Of a stretch of DNA of 64,000 nucleotides, positions 61,169 to 64,000 are shown piece by piece (position 1 is the first letter of the stretch; each line of letters begins with the position of its first letter). The stretch is from Tenericutes bacterium RIFOXYA12_FULL_35_10 (GTDB lineage Bacteria > Bacillota_I > Bacilli_A > Acholeplasmatales > Acholeplasmataceae). The DNA lies in assembly GCA_001830045.1 (NCBI GenBank), contig MIDA01000008.1, forward strand, positions 6,499 to 70,498. The letters run 5' to 3'. The notes under the pieces were generated by a model. That model was not told the DNA's origin. It ran no database searches and was given only the letters and a program-made list of their open reading frames with translations. The translations under genes were made by a program, and so were the position numbers.

Positions 61169-62299
61169 ATGATTTTCAGTATCGATCGTGATGTACTACT
61201 TAATCAACTTCTTATCGTTCAAAAAGGTCTTCCTTCAAAAACACCACTACCCATTCTTTACGCCGTTAAATTTGAAGTGAACGAAGATCATGTTTTACTA
61301 ACAACAAGCAATACTGACGTTGCTATTCAAGTTTTAATTGATGATCATTCATTATCAATCAAACAAGGTGGTAAAGTCGCTATACCAGGAAAATACTTAA
61401 TTGAGATTATGCGTAAGATCACATCTCAACGTGTTGAGTTTGCGTTAATTGAAGATAAGCTTATTGTTATTAAAGCGGACCGCTCTGAATTTAAATTAAG
61501 ATTAATGGACGTAGAAGATTATCCTGAAATTGACTTTTTAGATTTAGATGATCCGATTGTTTTAGATTCTCAACTCATTAAAACAATCATCAAAGAAACA
61601 AATTATGCAACAGCTAATTCAGAAAAACGTCCTATTTTAACAGGTGTTAACTTTAAATACTTAGATAACCACTTATATTGTGTTGCAACTGACTCTTATC
61701 GTTTATCACAAAAGAATGTTAAATTAAGAACACATAGTAAGCAATTTGATATCGTTGTTCCTAATAAGAGTTTAGATGAATTATCAAAGATTCTAGACAC
61801 CTATAATGAAGATGTTGAATTATTTATTAATCCCAATAAAGTTTTATTTAAAATGAATAAGATTTTATTCCAAACGCGTCTTTTAGAAGGTACATATCCT
61901 GATACAATGCGTATCATCCCTATTGAATTTCCAGTGATCATTCCATTCAACAAAGAAGAGTTACTTGCTGCAGTTGAACGTGTATCACTTCTTTCACCAA
62001 GAGATCGTGAAACCAATTATAACATCATCAAGATGAGTTTAAGACCAGACCGTGTTGTTGAAATCAGTTCAACCAATAACGAAGTCGGTGATGCTTTAGA
62101 AGAAATTATTCCATCTTCTGATGTGACAGGTCCTGTCATTAAAATTGCATTTTCTTCACGCTATTTAGTTGAAGCTTTAAAATCGTTTAGTTCATCTGAA
62201 ATTCAAATTCAATTTGCAGGCGAAGTTAAACCATTTGTGATTAAAGGTCAACTTGATGCTGATTTATTACACCTCATTTTACCGGTAAGAATTGACTAA
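61169..62299 (+). CDS. dnaN: DNA polymerase III beta clamp
   Basis: ATDSYRLS, RLLEGTYPD, LILPVR. Confidence 0.97.
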   Translation: MIFSIDRDVLLNQLLIVQKGLPSKTPLPILYAVKFEVNEDHVLLTTSNTDVAIQVLIDDHSLSIKQGGKVAIPGKYLIEIMRKITSQRVEFALIEDKLIVIKADRSEFKLRLMDVEDYPEIDFLDLDDPIVLDSQLIKTIIKETNYATANSEKRPILTGVNFKYLDNHLYCVATDSYRLSQKNVKLRTHSKQFDIVVPNKSLDELSKILDTYNEDVELFINPNKVLFKMNKILFQTRLLEGTYPDTMRIIPIEFPVIIPFNKEELLAAVERVSLLSPRDRETNYNIIKMSLRPDRVVEISSTNNEVGDALEEIIPSSDVTGPVIKIAFSSRYLVEALKSFSSSEIQIQFAGEVKPFVIKGQLDADLLHLILPVRID

Positions 62300-62316
62300 T
62301 TAAATTGAGTAATGAT

Positions 62317-62345
62317 GAAGAGCTACGAAAGTGGCTCTTTTTTTA
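62317..62345 (+). terminator. Intrinsic terminator after dnaN
   Basis: GAAGAGCTAC-GAAA-GTGGCTCTTT-TTTT. Confidence 0.85.
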
Positions 62346-62492
62346 TGCAATCACAAAACGTTAAAATTTCGTTTCTAACAACGTTTTATGAATTGATCTA
62401 AACAAGGGATTGATAACACAAAAAAAAGACGAAAAAAGGTGTATTTTTCCTTATATTATGATATAATATAAAAGGATAGCAGAGGTAAATCA

Positions 62493-62732
62493 ATGAGAAA
62501 ATTCAAAATTACAACCGAATACATCACTTTAGGACAGTTCATTAAAGCAACTGATCATATTGGTTCAGGGGGAGAAGCCAAGTTTTTTTTATTAAATAAC
62601 GACGTGTTTGTCAATGGTGAAAAACGAACTGAACGCGGAAAAAAACTTTACCCTGGTGACAAGGTATCAATCGGTAATGATGAGTATGTGATGACGGATG
62701 ATCAAAAAAATAAACCTAAAACAACTTCGTAA
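62493..62732 (+). CDS. yaaA: S4-domain protein YaaA
   Basis: YITLGQFIK...SGGEAK...VNGE...RGKKLYPGD; located between dnaN and recF. Confidence 0.92.
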   Translation: MRKFKITTEYITLGQFIKATDHIGSGGEAKFFLLNNDVFVNGEKRTERGKKLYPGDKVSIGNDEYVMTDDQKNKPKTTS

Positions 62733-63726
62733 TCATCAGGCCATTGAACTTAGTTTTGAAAAGCCTTTTGCATATATCCATGGTTTAAATGGTTCTGGCA
62801 AAACAAGTATTTTAGAAGCTATTTACTTTTGTGCAACAACGAAGTCTCACAGAACGAATGACGAAAAAGAAATGATTCAAACAGGCGAACCGTTTGCTTC
62901 TGTTAAATTATGGACAGATGAACATCGTTATGAAGTTGTCTTATCTAAAACTGGAAAGAGAGCTTCGATTGATGGTGTTGAAAAAAGAAAGATCAGTGAC
63001 TTTATAGGTCATTTAAGAATTGTGATGTTCGCTCCAGAAGATTTAGAACTCATTCAAGGATCTCCGCAAGATCGAAGACAATTTATCGATCTTGAATGGA
63101 TGCAACTTCATAAACCTTATTTGAAATATTTAAATACATATAAACAAGTTTTAAAACAAAGAAACAGCCTATTAAAGAAAATCACTTTAGATGATGATTT
63201 TACATTCTTGAATATCTTAGGTGAACAACTCTATGAAGTTGGCGTTAAGATCATTGAAGAAAGAAGACAATTCATCGAAGAGTTAAATCACTTATTTAAA
63301 GAAGCTTACCAACGTTTCTCATCACACAAGGTTGAATTAATCTATGCACCTGATGTCGATGAAAAAGCGTTCTTAAATGTATTAAAGAAAAACCAAAAAC
63401 AAGATATTTTGTATCAAACCACACAAAGTGGCCCTCACAGAGATGACTTTATTTTCCGTTTTAACGGATTTGATGCTAAAGGTTATGCATCTCAAGGGGA
63501 ACAACGTTTAATGGTTATTGCAGTGAAATTAGCGCTTCTGGCGCTCATTAAAAAGAAAACAAATCAACACGTGACGTTATTACTTGATGATGTTTTGAGT
63601 GAACTCGATGAAGAAAGACAAAAGTTGTTCTTAACAGAGTTACCAAAAGAACATCAAATTATCATGAATAGCACACATCCTATAGAGGGTGCACACATCC
63701 AGATGATTTATGTGAAAAAGGAGTAG
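62698..63726 (+). CDS. recF: DNA replication and repair protein RecF
   Basis: [46 protein letters not shown]. Confidence 0.95.
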   Translation: MIKKINLKQLRNHQAIELSFEKPFAYIHGLNGSGKTSILEAIYFCATTKSHRTNDEKEMIQTGEPFASVKLWTDEHRYEVVLSKTGKRASIDGVEKRKISDFIGHLRIVMFAPEDLELIQGSPQDRRQFIDLEWMQLHKPYLKYLNTYKQVLKQRNSLLKKITLDDDFTFLNILGEQLYEVGVKIIEERRQFIEELNHLFKEAYQRFSSHKVELIYAPDVDEKAFLNVLKKNQKQDILYQTTQSGPHRDDFIFRFNGFDAKGYASQGEQRLMVIAVKLALLALIKKKTNQHVTLLLDDVLSELDEERQKLFLTELPKEHQIIMNSTHPIEGAHIQMIYVKKE

Positions 63727-63731
63727 AGACA

Positions 63732-64000
63732 ATGTCCAATTATGATGCATCGAATATTCAAATCTTAGAGGGTCTAGAGGCTGTTAGAAAACGCCCTGGT
63801 ATGTATATTGGTAGTACAGGTGCCCGCGGTTTACACCATCTTGTATGGGAAATCGTGGATAATTCCATTGATGAAGCTTTAGGTGGATATGCAACCAACG
63901 TTAAACTTGAACTCCTCAAAGGAGAAATTATTCGCGTTACCGATGATGGTCGCGGTATTCCAGTTGATCTACATCCTAAAACACATCGTCCAGCAGTTGA
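63732..64000 (+). CDS. gyrB: DNA gyrase subunit B, 5' part (runs off window end)
   Basis: Manual translation: [48 protein letters not shown]...DDGRGIP. Confidence 0.96.
   Translation, partial: MSNYDASNIQILEGLEAVRKRPGMYIGSTGARGLHHLVWEIVDNSIDEALGGYATNVKLELLKGEIIRVTDDGRGIPVDLHPKTHRPAV

Overview
This is a chromosomal window spanning the replication origin (rpmH-oriC-dnaA-dnaN-yaaA-recF-gyrB) of a low-GC bacterium. I infer a free-living Mollicute (Acholeplasmatales/Izemoplasmatales-like): TGA is used as stop, RNAP delta and T-boxes are present, lipoproteins are numerous, and no cell-wall gene occurs in the window. It is mostly housekeeping genes (serS, galU, tilS-hpt-ftsH-lysS, fba, pyrG, rpoE, recR-dnaX, mnmE, asnS, yidC) with three accessory blocks. 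(1) A four-glycosidase plus GPH-symporter operon at 4.6-14.7 kb. (2) A 21-30 kb block with a 7TM diguanylate cyclase, a lipoprotein of three exact 250-aa tandem RsgI-type (SEAL) autoproteolytic domains, a LolA-like lipoprotein, a MacB/FtsX-type ABC fusion and an SDR. (3) A 40-52.7 kb putative extracellular nucleic-acid scavenging locus: CUT1 ABC transporter, non-catalytic Ig/OB/lamin-tail lipoprotein, lamin-tail-thermonuclease lipoprotein and two tandem DHH phosphoesterases. Cis-elements read directly from the sequence include two T-boxes (Ser UCC, Asn AAC), a Bacillus-type pyrG reiterative-transcription attenuator, three cre/LacI-type operators, consensus sigma-A promoters, DnaA boxes and many intrinsic terminators. 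No rRNA, tRNA, CRISPR array, IS element or pseudogene was seen. All family assignments come from motif recognition by eye; no database search was run. Several start codons were moved from the ORF track to the ATG/GTG with a proper Shine-Dalgarno (SD).
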